Shown: one piece after another, positions 46,094 to 58,347 of the stretch
How positions within the stretch are numbered: the stretch's first letter is position 1
How the letters are laid out: every line of letters starts with the position of its first letter
Source: Verrucomicrobiales bacterium
GTDB lineage: Bacteria; Verrucomicrobiota; Verrucomicrobiia; Limisphaerales; CANJXF01
Direction: 5' to 3'
NCBI GenBank assembly: GCA_947478865.1
Contig: CANJXF010000007.1
Span: 1,273 to 65,272 of the forward strand
DNA length: 64,000 nt
Translations under genes and position numbers: made by a program
The notes under the pieces: generated by a model
Seen by the model: the letters and a program-made list of their open reading frames with translations, nothing else
What the model was told of the DNA's origin: nothing
The model's database searches: none

Positions 46094-49027
46094 CTACCTC
46101 GATTCCCCTTTTAAAAACCCAATTAAATCCGCGAGATCTTGCCTGGACATTGTTTTCTCCAATTCCTGCGGCATCAGGGAAAGGCGGCTGCTGGAAATCG
46201 ACGCGATGTTGGAGCGTGGAATAACCTGTTCGATCCCAAGGGCCTGTTTCAACGTCACACTCGCGGAAGTTTCCGCGGCGAGCAATCCGCTGAAGCTTTG
46301 TCCGTCCTTGGTCTCCACGTTGTAGGTTGTGTAGATCGGCATAATTTCAAATTCCGGCACGACGATGTGCAGGAGTAAAACATCGGCCGGCTGGTTGCGA
46401 ATCCCGGTCAAGTCCGGCCCGACCGCCTTGCCTTCTCCCGCAAACAAATGACACGAGGTGCAGGTCCGGGTGAAAACCGCATGACCGTTCGCGACATTCG
46501 GCGTGAGCGCAAGCACCGCTTTGCATTCCTCGTAAACTTTCATGCGGTCGCCGGACTGCAAATCCTTGAACAATGCGAGCGCGCGATTGCGAATCGATTC
46601 TTCCTTGTGCTTCATCAAATTGTTTCTGCGCTCAGGATTCACCGTCCACGGCGGAACGTTGCCGGCTTCGAGCCCGATGAAGAGCGCTTCCAACAAATTC
46701 GTCTGCGCCAACATGCCCGCCAGAACCGCCTCGCGAACCGCCGGCGTGTATCCGTTCCAATGCTCGCGTTGAACCAACGCCGCGCCCGCGGCGCGATTCG
46801 GTATCTGGCTCAAGGCGCGAACGGCGGCGATCTGAATTTCGGAAGGCTGACTCGCCGCGAGCAATTCGCTGAGCGCCGCACCGGCGACAGAGAAATCGGC
46901 ATGACTCAACAGGCCGATTGCGACCAGGCGGCGCTCCATCGGTTCATCGGTTTTCAACGAAACAGCGGACGCGCGCTTCATCATCTCTTCCACGCGAACA
47001 GGTGTTTGCGAGGAATCCAACCGAACCATGTTCATCAGTGCGGAACGGTCTCCACTATTGCCACGGCTGTTGCGAAGTCCTTCGGCAAATCCGCTGAGCA
47101 AGGCCAGCTGCCAATCGGCGTCCTGCTGCGCGCTGGAGGAAGTCATCGTTCGCAGCGAGGACAAAACCGAGTTGTTTGGAATGGCGCCGAGAATTTTTCC
47201 GACTTCGTTGAGCAAGGGGAGGAGCGCGACGACATCGTTGGTTCCGCGCCGGCTCAACTGTTTGGCAACGGGGAGAAGCTCATTCAAAAACTTATCCGTC
47301 CGATCTTTCGTGGAGCTCAACACCGCCGCGCGAGCCCATCGATCCCGCATATCCTGCTGTGCGATGGTCGCCAGCGCCGGAACCGCTTTGGCATCCTGCA
47401 AATCGCCCAGCGCGAGAGCGCACTGGAAGCGAACCCGAGGATTTGGGTCGGAGGCGAGCTTCACCAGTTGTGAAGCCAGCTTCGACGAACTGTCGAGCCG
47501 TGGCGCGGCAAGTTGAATTCCGTGTTCGCGCACCCCAGCGTCCCTGTCCGAAAGCGCCATCAAGATTTGACTGTCCTGCAACGCGTTCAGCCCGTCCAAA
47601 GTTCGCAACGCATGCACGCGCGCCTCGGCAATTCTGGATTTCTTGAGCAGCGAAATCAAAATGGGCACGGCGGATTTGTCCTGCCGTTCGATCAACAAAC
47701 GTTGCGCAGTCATTCTCCACCAGCGATTCGGGTTTTCCAGCTCGGCGCACAGTTCTTTGGCGCTCGCGTGGTGAAGATTCGGCTTTCGTGCTGCTTCAGA
47801 AATTTTATCCGCGGAAACGATTCGGTAAATGCGTCCTTTGTCCTTCCCGCTTTCGAAGTCGGTGGTCTTGCGCATCGCTTCCGGCAAGTACTCGGGGTGC
47901 TCGATCGTCTTGCGATACATGTCGCAGAGATAGAGCGCGCCATCCGGACCGACGGAGAGGTTCACCGGGCGAAACCAATTGTCGGGCGACGCGATAAACT
48001 CACGATCTTCGTAGGCGCGACTGGCGACGAAGGTTTCGTTCGAGGGAGAAAGAACGTCGTGGTGCACCAGATTTCCCGCCGGTTCGCAGGTGAAGGAATT
48101 GCCGCGATATTTTTCGGGCAACCCCGTGCCGTCATAAATCGTCACGCCGCAAGCCGAGGTGAAATAGCCCGTGTGCGATGCCGCCGTCGTGATGTTCGCA
48201 CTGAGCGGGAAAACTTTGCAGGCCGCGCCGTGATCGGGAATGTCCTGGACGATTTCAGAAAACGCGAGCTGCGGATTGCGTTTCAATTCCCGCAACGGCA
48301 TGACGACGTGCTGAATGTGATTGCGATTCGAGCAAATGAACCGGCGGCCAAAATTGTCGAAGGTCTGGCCAAATTGCGCCGTGCCTGCGGTCTCCTCGAA
48401 AATCGGTTCATCCGGACGAAAGCGAAAATCCGTTCGGTTGGCGAAAACCATCGGATGATTCGTGTAGATGGGAGAAGTGATTTTTCCCGCCGTCAATCCG
48501 CAGGTGAGGTAAACCCAATTATCGATGTTGAAGGTCGGATGGCTGACCCGCAGTTGGGTCGTGGAAAGATCCTGGAACCCTTTGAAAACGATTTGCTTCA
48601 CGTCGGCCACGCCGTCGCCATTTGTATCTTTGAAATAATAAACGTTCGGCGCGCAAGTCACGTAAACGCCGCCTTTCCACGGCATCACTCCGTTCGGGAA
48701 CGTCAAGCCATCGGCAAAAACTGTGCGCTTGTCGTATTTGCCGTCGCCATCGCTGTCTTCCAGCAGAACGACTTTTCCGATCGGCGGATTTCCTTTTCCC
48801 GGACCGACCGGATAGCCGCGATCTTCCACGACAAACATTCTTCCCTGCTCATCAAATGCGACCGCCACCGGATCAACCACGAGCGGTTCGGCTGCGACCC
48901 GTTCGACTTTCAACCCCGGCTCCAGCTTGAAAGAGGCAATGGCCTGTTCCGGCGTCAGGGGTCCATCGAGAGCGAAGGCAGCGGGCGCCAAAGCAAAGGC
49001 AAAGAAAGAAAAAAGAATGTTTTTCAT
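46094..49027 (-). CDS. PVC-type membrane-bound-dehydrogenase-domain / HEAT-repeat / cytochrome c (CxxCH) protein
   Basis: 977 aa. It has a signal peptide, an N-terminal beta-propeller-like dehydrogenase domain, central HEAT repeats, and a C-terminal CTSCH haem-binding motif. Confidence 0.85.
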   Translation of the reverse strand: MKNILFSFFAFALAPAAFALDGPLTPEQAIASFKLEPGLKVERVAAEPLVVDPVAVAFDEQGRMFVVEDRGYPVGPGKGNPPIGKVVLLEDSDGDGKYDKRTVFADGLTFPNGVMPWKGGVYVTCAPNVYYFKDTNGDGVADVKQIVFKGFQDLSTTQLRVSHPTFNIDNWVYLTCGLTAGKITSPIYTNHPMVFANRTDFRFRPDEPIFEETAGTAQFGQTFDNFGRRFICSNRNHIQHVVMPLRELKRNPQLAFSEIVQDIPDHGAACKVFPLSANITTAASHTGYFTSACGVTIYDGTGLPEKYRGNSFTCEPAGNLVHHDVLSPSNETFVASRAYEDREFIASPDNWFRPVNLSVGPDGALYLCDMYRKTIEHPEYLPEAMRKTTDFESGKDKGRIYRIVSADKISEAARKPNLHHASAKELCAELENPNRWWRMTAQRLLIERQDKSAVPILISLLKKSRIAEARVHALRTLDGLNALQDSQILMALSDRDAGVREHGIQLAAPRLDSSSKLASQLVKLASDPNPRVRFQCALALGDLQDAKAVPALATIAQQDMRDRWARAAVLSSTKDRTDKFLNELLPVAKQLSRRGTNDVVALLPLLNEVGKILGAIPNNSVLSSLRTMTSSSAQQDADWQLALLSGFAEGLRNSRGNSGDRSALMNMVRLDSSQTPVRVEEMMKRASAVSLKTDEPMERRLVAIGLLSHADFSVAGAALSELLAASQPSEIQIAAVRALSQIPNRAAGAALVQREHWNGYTPAVREAVLAGMLAQTNLLEALFIGLEAGNVPPWTVNPERRNNLMKHKEESIRNRALALFKDLQSGDRMKVYEECKAVLALTPNVANGHAVFTRTCTSCHLFAGEGKAVGPDLTGIRNQPADVLLLHIVVPEFEIMPIYTTYNVETKDGQSFSGLLAAETSASVTLKQALGIEQVIPRSNIASISSSRLSLMPQELEKTMSRQDLADLIGFLKGESR

Positions 49028-49060
49028 TTTTAGAATTGGCGCGGAACGATCCCGATTGGC

Positions 49061-50488
49061 TTAACGCTGTTTAGCTGCCTCCAACAATTTGGCTGCGGTC
49101 TCGACCAGCATTTCGCCGACGCCGGATTTCACTCGGGCATTGCTCACTTCATAGCTGCCTTCCACGAACGCTTTTTTGGTAGGCACGTAGCTGGGCCGAT
49201 CGTTGCAAATCGACATGACCAAAGTTTTTTTGAAGGGAGACGCAGCCTTGATGGCGAGCCCGAGTTCGACGAATATTTCGCAGGGCAAACCGACAATTGC
49301 GGTGTCGTTATCGAGCCGGAAGACTTGCACTTCCATCGGCCAATTCGTCCCTTTCTCTGCGAGATCAAGAATTTTCACCGCCTCGACTTTGGCAAAAAAT
49401 GCCGTGCTGGAATCACCGAGTTTCGAGATTTTTCCGCGCGCATCGGCCAGTTGCGCCGGCGTGACTTCCTGGAGCGGCGCCATGATCTTGGCGCTGCGCA
49501 CCGCGATGGATGGACGAATTGCTTCGGCTTTCGGAATGGTCTCGAGAACGGCCCGGCCTAGCGTCGATCCGAGGCGTTCGGCCACATCGAATCCTTTCAC
49601 CGGCGCTTTCACCGAGACGTCGATGTGATTGATGTCTCCGCACGTTCCAGCGGCAAAGGCGGAGATGTATTTCTTTCCGAGGGCGGCGCGCAACGTTTCC
49701 TGGAGGTAAAAGGCGTAATCGGCGCTGTAAAGGCTTCCGCCGACGGTATCCGAATGCATCGCAAACACCGTCAAGCCCGCGATCGGTTTTGATCTGGCAT
49801 CGCGCACCAGCAACAGGCCGACGTCGGGATCGCTCGGCCCGGCGGGTCGCACGATATTGGGATTCAGCGCGCCGGGATTGAAGGCGACGTGGCCGTTCTT
49901 CATGTGAAAACGGCGGTTGAACGCGAGCCCCTCCTGTTGGCCAATTCCGACATCGATTTCCGCGGGCTGCAGCTTCGAGTTGGCCTGCGCGATGACTTTG
50001 ACCAGTTTTTCCACGAGGAAGTCGGGGAAATAGATTTTCTCCTGAGGATCCCGACCCAAATTCTTCACCGCCAGCTCATGAAAGTATTTCCGGCGAATGT
50101 CATCGAAAAGCGGGCCGGTGTGGCTGTGCGTTGCGGAAATTAAAATATTGGTCACGGGAATTCCGGTGAGCGCGCTGGCCCTTGCGCGGGCATTGGTGGA
50201 AATGTGCAGCGAGATGCCAATGAGATCGCAGAAAACCATCGCGATGCGAGGGCCGCCGGGCTGCTGAAGCACAATGGCTTTAGCGTGGAGCGGGTCGTGG
50301 GTTCCGGTCGCAAGGCGCTCATCAAAATAGCCAGCCATGCGATGGCCGACAGGCGGGGTGATGTCAATCTCAGCGACACCGGCCCGGAGGCCATTGGAGC
50401 CGGATGGTTTGTCAGTCGCGCAGCCAAGAAGCGCGGCGCAAACGACGCAGAAAAGAAGGCGCATGGAATAGAGAAAAATCGTTCTCAT
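49061..50488 (-). CDS. Neutral/alkaline ceramidase-N-terminal-domain-like lipoprotein
   Basis: The product from ATG 50488 has a lipobox (ALLGCAT) and the AEIDITPPVGHRMAGY and SATHSHTGP blocks. The 114 upstream in-frame codons are not used. Confidence 0.8.
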   Translation of the reverse strand: MRTIFLYSMRLLFCVVCAALLGCATDKPSGSNGLRAGVAEIDITPPVGHRMAGYFDERLATGTHDPLHAKAIVLQQPGGPRIAMVFCDLIGISLHISTNARARASALTGIPVTNILISATHSHTGPLFDDIRRKYFHELAVKNLGRDPQEKIYFPDFLVEKLVKVIAQANSKLQPAEIDVGIGQQEGLAFNRRFHMKNGHVAFNPGALNPNIVRPAGPSDPDVGLLLVRDARSKPIAGLTVFAMHSDTVGGSLYSADYAFYLQETLRAALGKKYISAFAAGTCGDINHIDVSVKAPVKGFDVAERLGSTLGRAVLETIPKAEAIRPSIAVRSAKIMAPLQEVTPAQLADARGKISKLGDSSTAFFAKVEAVKILDLAEKGTNWPMEVQVFRLDNDTAIVGLPCEIFVELGLAIKAASPFKKTLVMSICNDRPSYVPTKKAFVEGSYEVSNARVKSGVGEMLVETAAKLLEAAKQR

Positions 50489-50683
50489 GGAGCAGTTCAC
50501 GATGGGTAAGCGGATTTTGTGCGGCAAGTTTAAATTTGCTCCGAAATCGCCTTTCTCGGGACTGCGAGCGGAATCTCGATTGCTGGCGGGCGAAAATCGT
50601 TTCTCGGCTTGACTGTAAAGTTTGGGTGTTACCATATTTCCCAGCCAATTTTCAGTCCGGAATGTCGAGCAGAAAATAATGCT

Positions 50684-52525
<1,842 letters not shown>

Positions 52526-52566
52526 ATTCCAGGAACGGCCAAATCCTCGGGGCGAAATCTCGGAAT

Positions 52567-52831
52567 TTATTCTGGTTCAGGACTGGTAAACCCGGTTCTT
52601 TTTTTCGGCCCATCAGCGAACAGGCCACGGGCAGACATGCCCGCAAAGGACGCGCGGCGTGTTTCCTTTTCTTCTTTATCAAGTCGGCGAGCAGCCATTT
52701 CGCCGGCGTAAGACATCCGTTTCCAAGCTCTCCCGAAATGTCTTGCCCTCAATCTTAACCCTTCCAAAATACGTCCCTGTGCTGACGTATCGGAGTAAAT
52801 CCCGTCCTGGATCTGCGGATTGTGTTGTCAT
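52567..52831 (-). pseudogene. Truncated, frameshifted N-terminal fragment of a tyrosine recombinase (phage-type integrase)
   Basis: The minus strand from ATG 52831 reads MTTQSADPGRDLLRYVSTGTYFGRVKIEGKTFRESLETDVL, then hits a stop. A neighbouring frame continues ..EMAARRLDKEEKETRR... This matches the arm-binding N-terminus I recall from PVC integrases (..VRY..G.YFARV...GK..R.SLKTDVL..AKLRL.D.EK). The remaining ~300 aa are absent. Confidence 0.55.
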
Positions 52832-52921
52832 AAGCACCAGCACTCTCGGGATACAAAGGCGGGATACGACGAGAAAAACGAGATGATCTAAACTCGGTAA
52901 CGCGTTGCATGCGAACAATTC

Positions 52922-52997
52922 GGGCCCGTAGCTCAGCGGTTAGAGCAGGCGACTCATAATCGCTTGGTCCTCGGTTCAAATCCGAGCGGGCCCACCA
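52922..52997 (+). tRNA. tRNA with CAT anticodon, most likely tRNA-Ile2 (lysidine-modified) rather than elongator tRNA-Met
   Basis: It folds as a 76-nt cloverleaf with acceptor GGGCCCG/CGGGCCC, D arm GCTC/GAGC, anticodon arm GGCGA-CTCATAA-TCGCT, T arm CTCGG-TTCAAAT-CCGAG, and an encoded CCA. The anticodon arm and variable region are, from memory, identical to E. coli ileX. Confidence 0.93.
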
Positions 52998-53052
52998 TTT
53001 CAAAGAAAAGTTACGAATTGATTTCGCCGGAGCGCTTCCGCCTACTGTCGGC

Positions 53053-54639
53053 ATGGAATTGCACGGCAAAAATTTTCTCGGCGCTAAAATCTCGGCGGAA
53101 GGCCAAACCTGCTTCGCCGCGATAAACCCTTCTCTAAACCAAGAACTCGCGCCGCAATTCATCGAGGCTTCACCCGCAGAAATTGACCAGGCCATGGCGC
53201 TGGCTGAAACAGCCTTTCAAATCTATCGCCAGCAGCCGGCGGAAAAGATCGCGCAGTTCCTCGAAGCAATGGCGGAAGAAATCCTGCAACTCGGCGACAC
53301 GCTCGTCCAGCGGGCCCATGCTGAAACCGCATTGCCGGAGGCCCGCTTGCTCGGCGAGCGCGCGCGAACGATCGGACAATTGAAAATGTTCGCGGCTTTA
53401 GTGCGCGATGGTTCGTGGACAGAAGCGTGCATCGACCGCGCAATCCCCGACCGCAAGCCGCTGCCCAAACCTGATCTGCGGCGGAAACTCATTCCGCTGG
53501 GACCGGTTGTGGTGTTTGGCGCGAGCAATTTCCCCTTCGCCTTTTCGGTGGCCGGTGGCGATACCGCTTCGGCGCTCGCGGCGGGCAACCCAGTCGTCGT
53601 CAAAGCGCATCCCGCGCATCCCGGCACCTCGGAACTGGTCGCTGGCGCGGTCCTCCGCGCGGCAAAATCAGCAGGAATGCCGGACGGCGTATTCTCGATG
53701 GTCCACGGCAAAAGCAACGAAGTCAGTTTGCAACTGGTCCGTCATCACGCTGCCAAAGCGGTTGGCTTTACTGGTTCCCTGCAAGGAGGCCGGGCCTTAT
53801 TCAACGCCGCCGCCGCGCGTCCCGAGCCGATCCCGGTTTACGCGGAAATGGGCAGCACAAATCCAATTTTCATCCTGCCGAGTGCGCTTGCGAAAAACGG
53901 TTCCTCCATTGCCGAGGGATTGGTGCAATCGGTGACGATGGGAGTGGGCCAATTCTGCACAAATCCCGGGTTAGTCTTCGGGAAATGCGGCCCGAAGTTC
54001 GACGCTTTTGTGGAAAATGCCGCGCGAATTACCGGAAGCGTGGTCGCGGGCACAATGCTTACGTCCAGCATCAGCGCGCGCTTTCGTCAGCGCGCCCAAG
54101 CTTTCCAGGAAATTTCCGGAGTGAGCGTGGCGGGGCAATCGAGCCGCGCGCTGGAAACCCAATCCCCGGCTTACATTTTTTCGACGGACGCAAAAACTTT
54201 TCTGGGACAAAGCCCGCTGCACGAGGAAATGTTCGGCCCTTCGACGTTGGTGGTGGGGTGCGATTCCGACGCGGAGCTTGAAGCCGTCGCCGCGAACCTT
54301 GCGGGGCAACTGACCGCCACCATTTTCGCCGCCGAGGACGATTTGAACAATCATCGCCAGTTGATTTCATTGCTCGAACAAAAGGTGGGGCGGCTGCTCT
54401 TCAATAGCTTCCCGACCGGCGTTGAGGTCTGCCCTTCCATGCAACATGGCGGACCCTACCCGGCATCCACGGACGCGCGTTCCACCTCGGTGGGGACCTT
54501 CGCGATCAAACGTTTTGCGCGACCGGTTTGTTACCAGAACTTTCCGGACGCGGCGCTGCCCTTGGAACTTCAAAACAAGAATGCGCGGAACATCTGGCGC
54601 CTCGTGGACAACCAGCTGACGAAAGCAGATTGTCAGTAA
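53053..54639 (+). CDS. NADP-dependent aldehyde dehydrogenase (alpha-ketoglutaric semialdehyde / 2,5-dioxovalerate dehydrogenase-like)
   Basis: 528 aa, with catalytic Cys in GQFCTNPG and Glu in EMFGP, and an N-terminus like the KGSADH subfamily. Confidence 0.88.
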   Translation: MELHGKNFLGAKISAEGQTCFAAINPSLNQELAPQFIEASPAEIDQAMALAETAFQIYRQQPAEKIAQFLEAMAEEILQLGDTLVQRAHAETALPEARLLGERARTIGQLKMFAALVRDGSWTEACIDRAIPDRKPLPKPDLRRKLIPLGPVVVFGASNFPFAFSVAGGDTASALAAGNPVVVKAHPAHPGTSELVAGAVLRAAKSAGMPDGVFSMVHGKSNEVSLQLVRHHAAKAVGFTGSLQGGRALFNAAAARPEPIPVYAEMGSTNPIFILPSALAKNGSSIAEGLVQSVTMGVGQFCTNPGLVFGKCGPKFDAFVENAARITGSVVAGTMLTSSISARFRQRAQAFQEISGVSVAGQSSRALETQSPAYIFSTDAKTFLGQSPLHEEMFGPSTLVVGCDSDAELEAVAANLAGQLTATIFAAEDDLNNHRQLISLLEQKVGRLLFNSFPTGVEVCPSMQHGGPYPASTDARSTSVGTFAIKRFARPVCYQNFPDAALPLELQNKNARNIWRLVDNQLTKADCQ

Positions 54640-54703
54640 CAAATTCTTTTCCGCCGCCCTGCTCCATGGCAGAATCGCGCTGCTTAAGAATTTTTTCCGG
54701 CGC

Positions 54704-55240
54704 ATGAAAAACATCGTTTATTTTGATCTCGAAACGCAGAACTCCGCCGATGACGTGGGCGGATGGGACAAGATTCGCGACATGCGAATGAGCGTCGGCG
54801 TGACCTATAGCACGGCGCGTGGCGATTACAAAATCTACGGGGAAAAACAGGTCAACGATTTGATCGAGGAATTGCGCCGCGCCGACCTGGTCGTCGGATT
54901 TAACAACCAGCGTTTCGATTACGAAGTCCTCCAGGGACACAATGATTTTTTCGACCCGTCACAAATCCCGACGCTCGACATGCTCGTTGAAGTGCAGAAG
55001 ATTTTGCAGCATCGGCTTTCGCTCGATTCGATTGCGCACGCGACTTTCGGCGTGGAAAAAACGGCCGAAGGTTTGCAGGCGATCCGCTGGTTTCGCGAAG
55101 GCAAGCTGGCGGAGATCGCCGAGTATTGCTGCTACGACGTGAAAATTACGCGGCTCGTCCACGAATACGGCGTGACGCAACGGCAGCTTCATTACACCAA
55201 CCGATTCGGCAAGAAAATGACCGTGCCCGTCACCTGGTGA
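54704..55240 (+). CDS. Stand-alone DEDDy 3'-5' exonuclease / RNase H-like fold protein
   Basis: It has an Exo I-like FDLET, an Exo II-like GFNNQRFDYEVL and an Exo III-like YCCYDVKIT. Confidence 0.75.
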   Translation: MKNIVYFDLETQNSADDVGGWDKIRDMRMSVGVTYSTARGDYKIYGEKQVNDLIEELRRADLVVGFNNQRFDYEVLQGHNDFFDPSQIPTLDMLVEVQKILQHRLSLDSIAHATFGVEKTAEGLQAIRWFREGKLAEIAEYCCYDVKITRLVHEYGVTQRQLHYTNRFGKKMTVPVTW

Positions 55241-55609
55241 TCACCCGGCCGCGCCGTCGCCGCTCGTCCGTCTTTTGTATTCTTCACTGCTCACGATTGT
55301 TGGGAGCGCTTTGCAAAGTTTTTCAAAACCCGGAAAATTCCACAGGTTCGGAAAGTCCCGGCATTGCTGCGGCTTGATCGCCTGCACGGAGCAGTCGTTT
55401 CCCTCGAGAAAAATGCATTCGCCGTTGGGCTTATCCAACAAAGCGAGCCCGCGCTTGCCCGTGGTCAGGCGGGTGAACTGCTGAATGAATTCGAATTCGC
55501 TGAGCTGCTTGAAGGCCGCGAGCCGGGCAATTTCCTTTTCGCTCAGGCGCACTTGCCCGGGCCATCGACAACACGCGGTGCAACGTTGGCATTCGTAATA
55601 AACAGGCAT
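55241..55609 (-). CDS. YkgJ-family cysteine-cluster protein (UPF0153)
   Basis: It has the N-terminal CQRCTACCRWPG motif and a C-terminal C..C pair. Its stop abuts the exonuclease stop. Confidence 0.8.
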   Translation of the reverse strand: MPVYYECQRCTACCRWPGQVRLSEKEIARLAAFKQLSEFEFIQQFTRLTTGKRGLALLDKPNGECIFLEGNDCSVQAIKPQQCRDFPNLWNFPGFEKLCKALPTIVSSEEYKRRTSGDGAAG

Positions 55610-55654
55610 CGCAGATTAGTGCAAAGGTTCAGTTTCGGGAGTCCCATCAGCCAA

Positions 55655-57443
<1,789 letters not shown>

Positions 57444-57500
57444 AAGTGCGAAGTTGAACAAACGGATTTGCGCGTGTCAATTCGCCCGCACGTTTTCGAC

Positions 57501-57516
57501 GGCAAAAATCTTTCCG
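57501..57516 (-). promoter_or_regulatory. Candidate sigma-54 (-24/-12) promoter upstream of amtB-glnK
   Basis: The minus strand reads CGGAAAGATTTTTGCC. GG and TTGC have the canonical spacing of TGGCACG-N4-TTGCW, but the -24 hexamer is otherwise a poor match. Confidence 0.3.
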
Positions 57517-57575
57517 GCGTCGAGCGCGGTTCCCTGGTTTTTGGCCACCAAGAACCGACTCCCATCGGCAGCCGA

Positions 57576-58208
57576 TCACTCGATCAACTTCACCCGGACG
57601 TTGCGAAACTCGATTTTCATTTCGAGTCCCGGATGGATTTGCAACCCAATCGGGCCCGCCCCGGAGAAATTGGCATTCACGTATTTCACGGCTTGCTTGC
57701 CGTTGAGCCAGACGGTGAAGGTGTCGCCCTTTGCCTCAAGGCGGTATTTGTTCCAGGCGCCGGGCGTGATGAATTTTTCCAGGTTTTTCACTTCGCCGGC
57801 CGCGGGATATTTTTCCGGGCCGCCGGCATAGAAGGAACCGGTCAGGTCTCTCTTCTGGCTGCGCGAAACGCCTAGTTGCATCTGGAATTCGCGTTTGCCC
57901 TTGTTGGCTTTTCGAAACAGGATGCCGCTGTCAATCTCGCCGCTCCATCGCGCTTCACACTCAATCGCGAAGTCGCCATACGCCTTGTCCGTCCAGATTA
58001 TGCTGCCCTCTTTTGCCGCGTCGTTCTCGCCCACGAGCACGCCCTCGACGACTTTCCAAAACGGGTTTGGGTCGGTGATTTTCCAGCCGGCCAGATTCTT
58101 GCCGTTGAAAATCGCCTGCCAGCCCTCTTTCTTTTCCGCGATGGCGGACAGGCAAAGAACGACGGTGAGGCAGAGCGCGAGCTTTTGGAGGAATTTTCGA
58201 GTGTTCAT
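57576..58208 (-). CDS. DUF1080 (3-keto-disaccharide hydrolase-like, concanavalin-type) secreted protein
   Basis: The product from ATG 58208 has a signal peptide, then GWQAIFNGKNLAGWK and the C-terminal GPIGLQIH..E..FRN pattern typical of DUF1080. Confidence 0.8.
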   Translation of the reverse strand: MNTRKFLQKLALCLTVVLCLSAIAEKKEGWQAIFNGKNLAGWKITDPNPFWKVVEGVLVGENDAAKEGSIIWTDKAYGDFAIECEARWSGEIDSGILFRKANKGKREFQMQLGVSRSQKRDLTGSFYAGGPEKYPAAGEVKNLEKFITPGAWNKYRLEAKGDTFTVWLNGKQAVKYVNANFSGAGPIGLQIHPGLEMKIEFRNVRVKLIE

Positions 58209-58347
58209 GGTTTTTGGCGTTGCTTCGTGCAGGAATAAACCAATCCCGCCCGCTCCGTCCATCCCGGGTCTCTGCTCCAATGATTGGACAAGAGACGCCG
58301 CATTCAAAATCCTTGTCGCAAACCGTTTGGCAAAACATTCTGCGGAG

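Noticed and set aside
52526-53052. Searched by eye for a direct repeat of the tRNA 3' half (att site) flanking the integrase relic
   Set aside because: Only a vague resemblance (CCAAATCCTCGGGGCG at about 52540) was seen, and it is not alignable with the T-arm/acceptor sequence. No att site is claimed.
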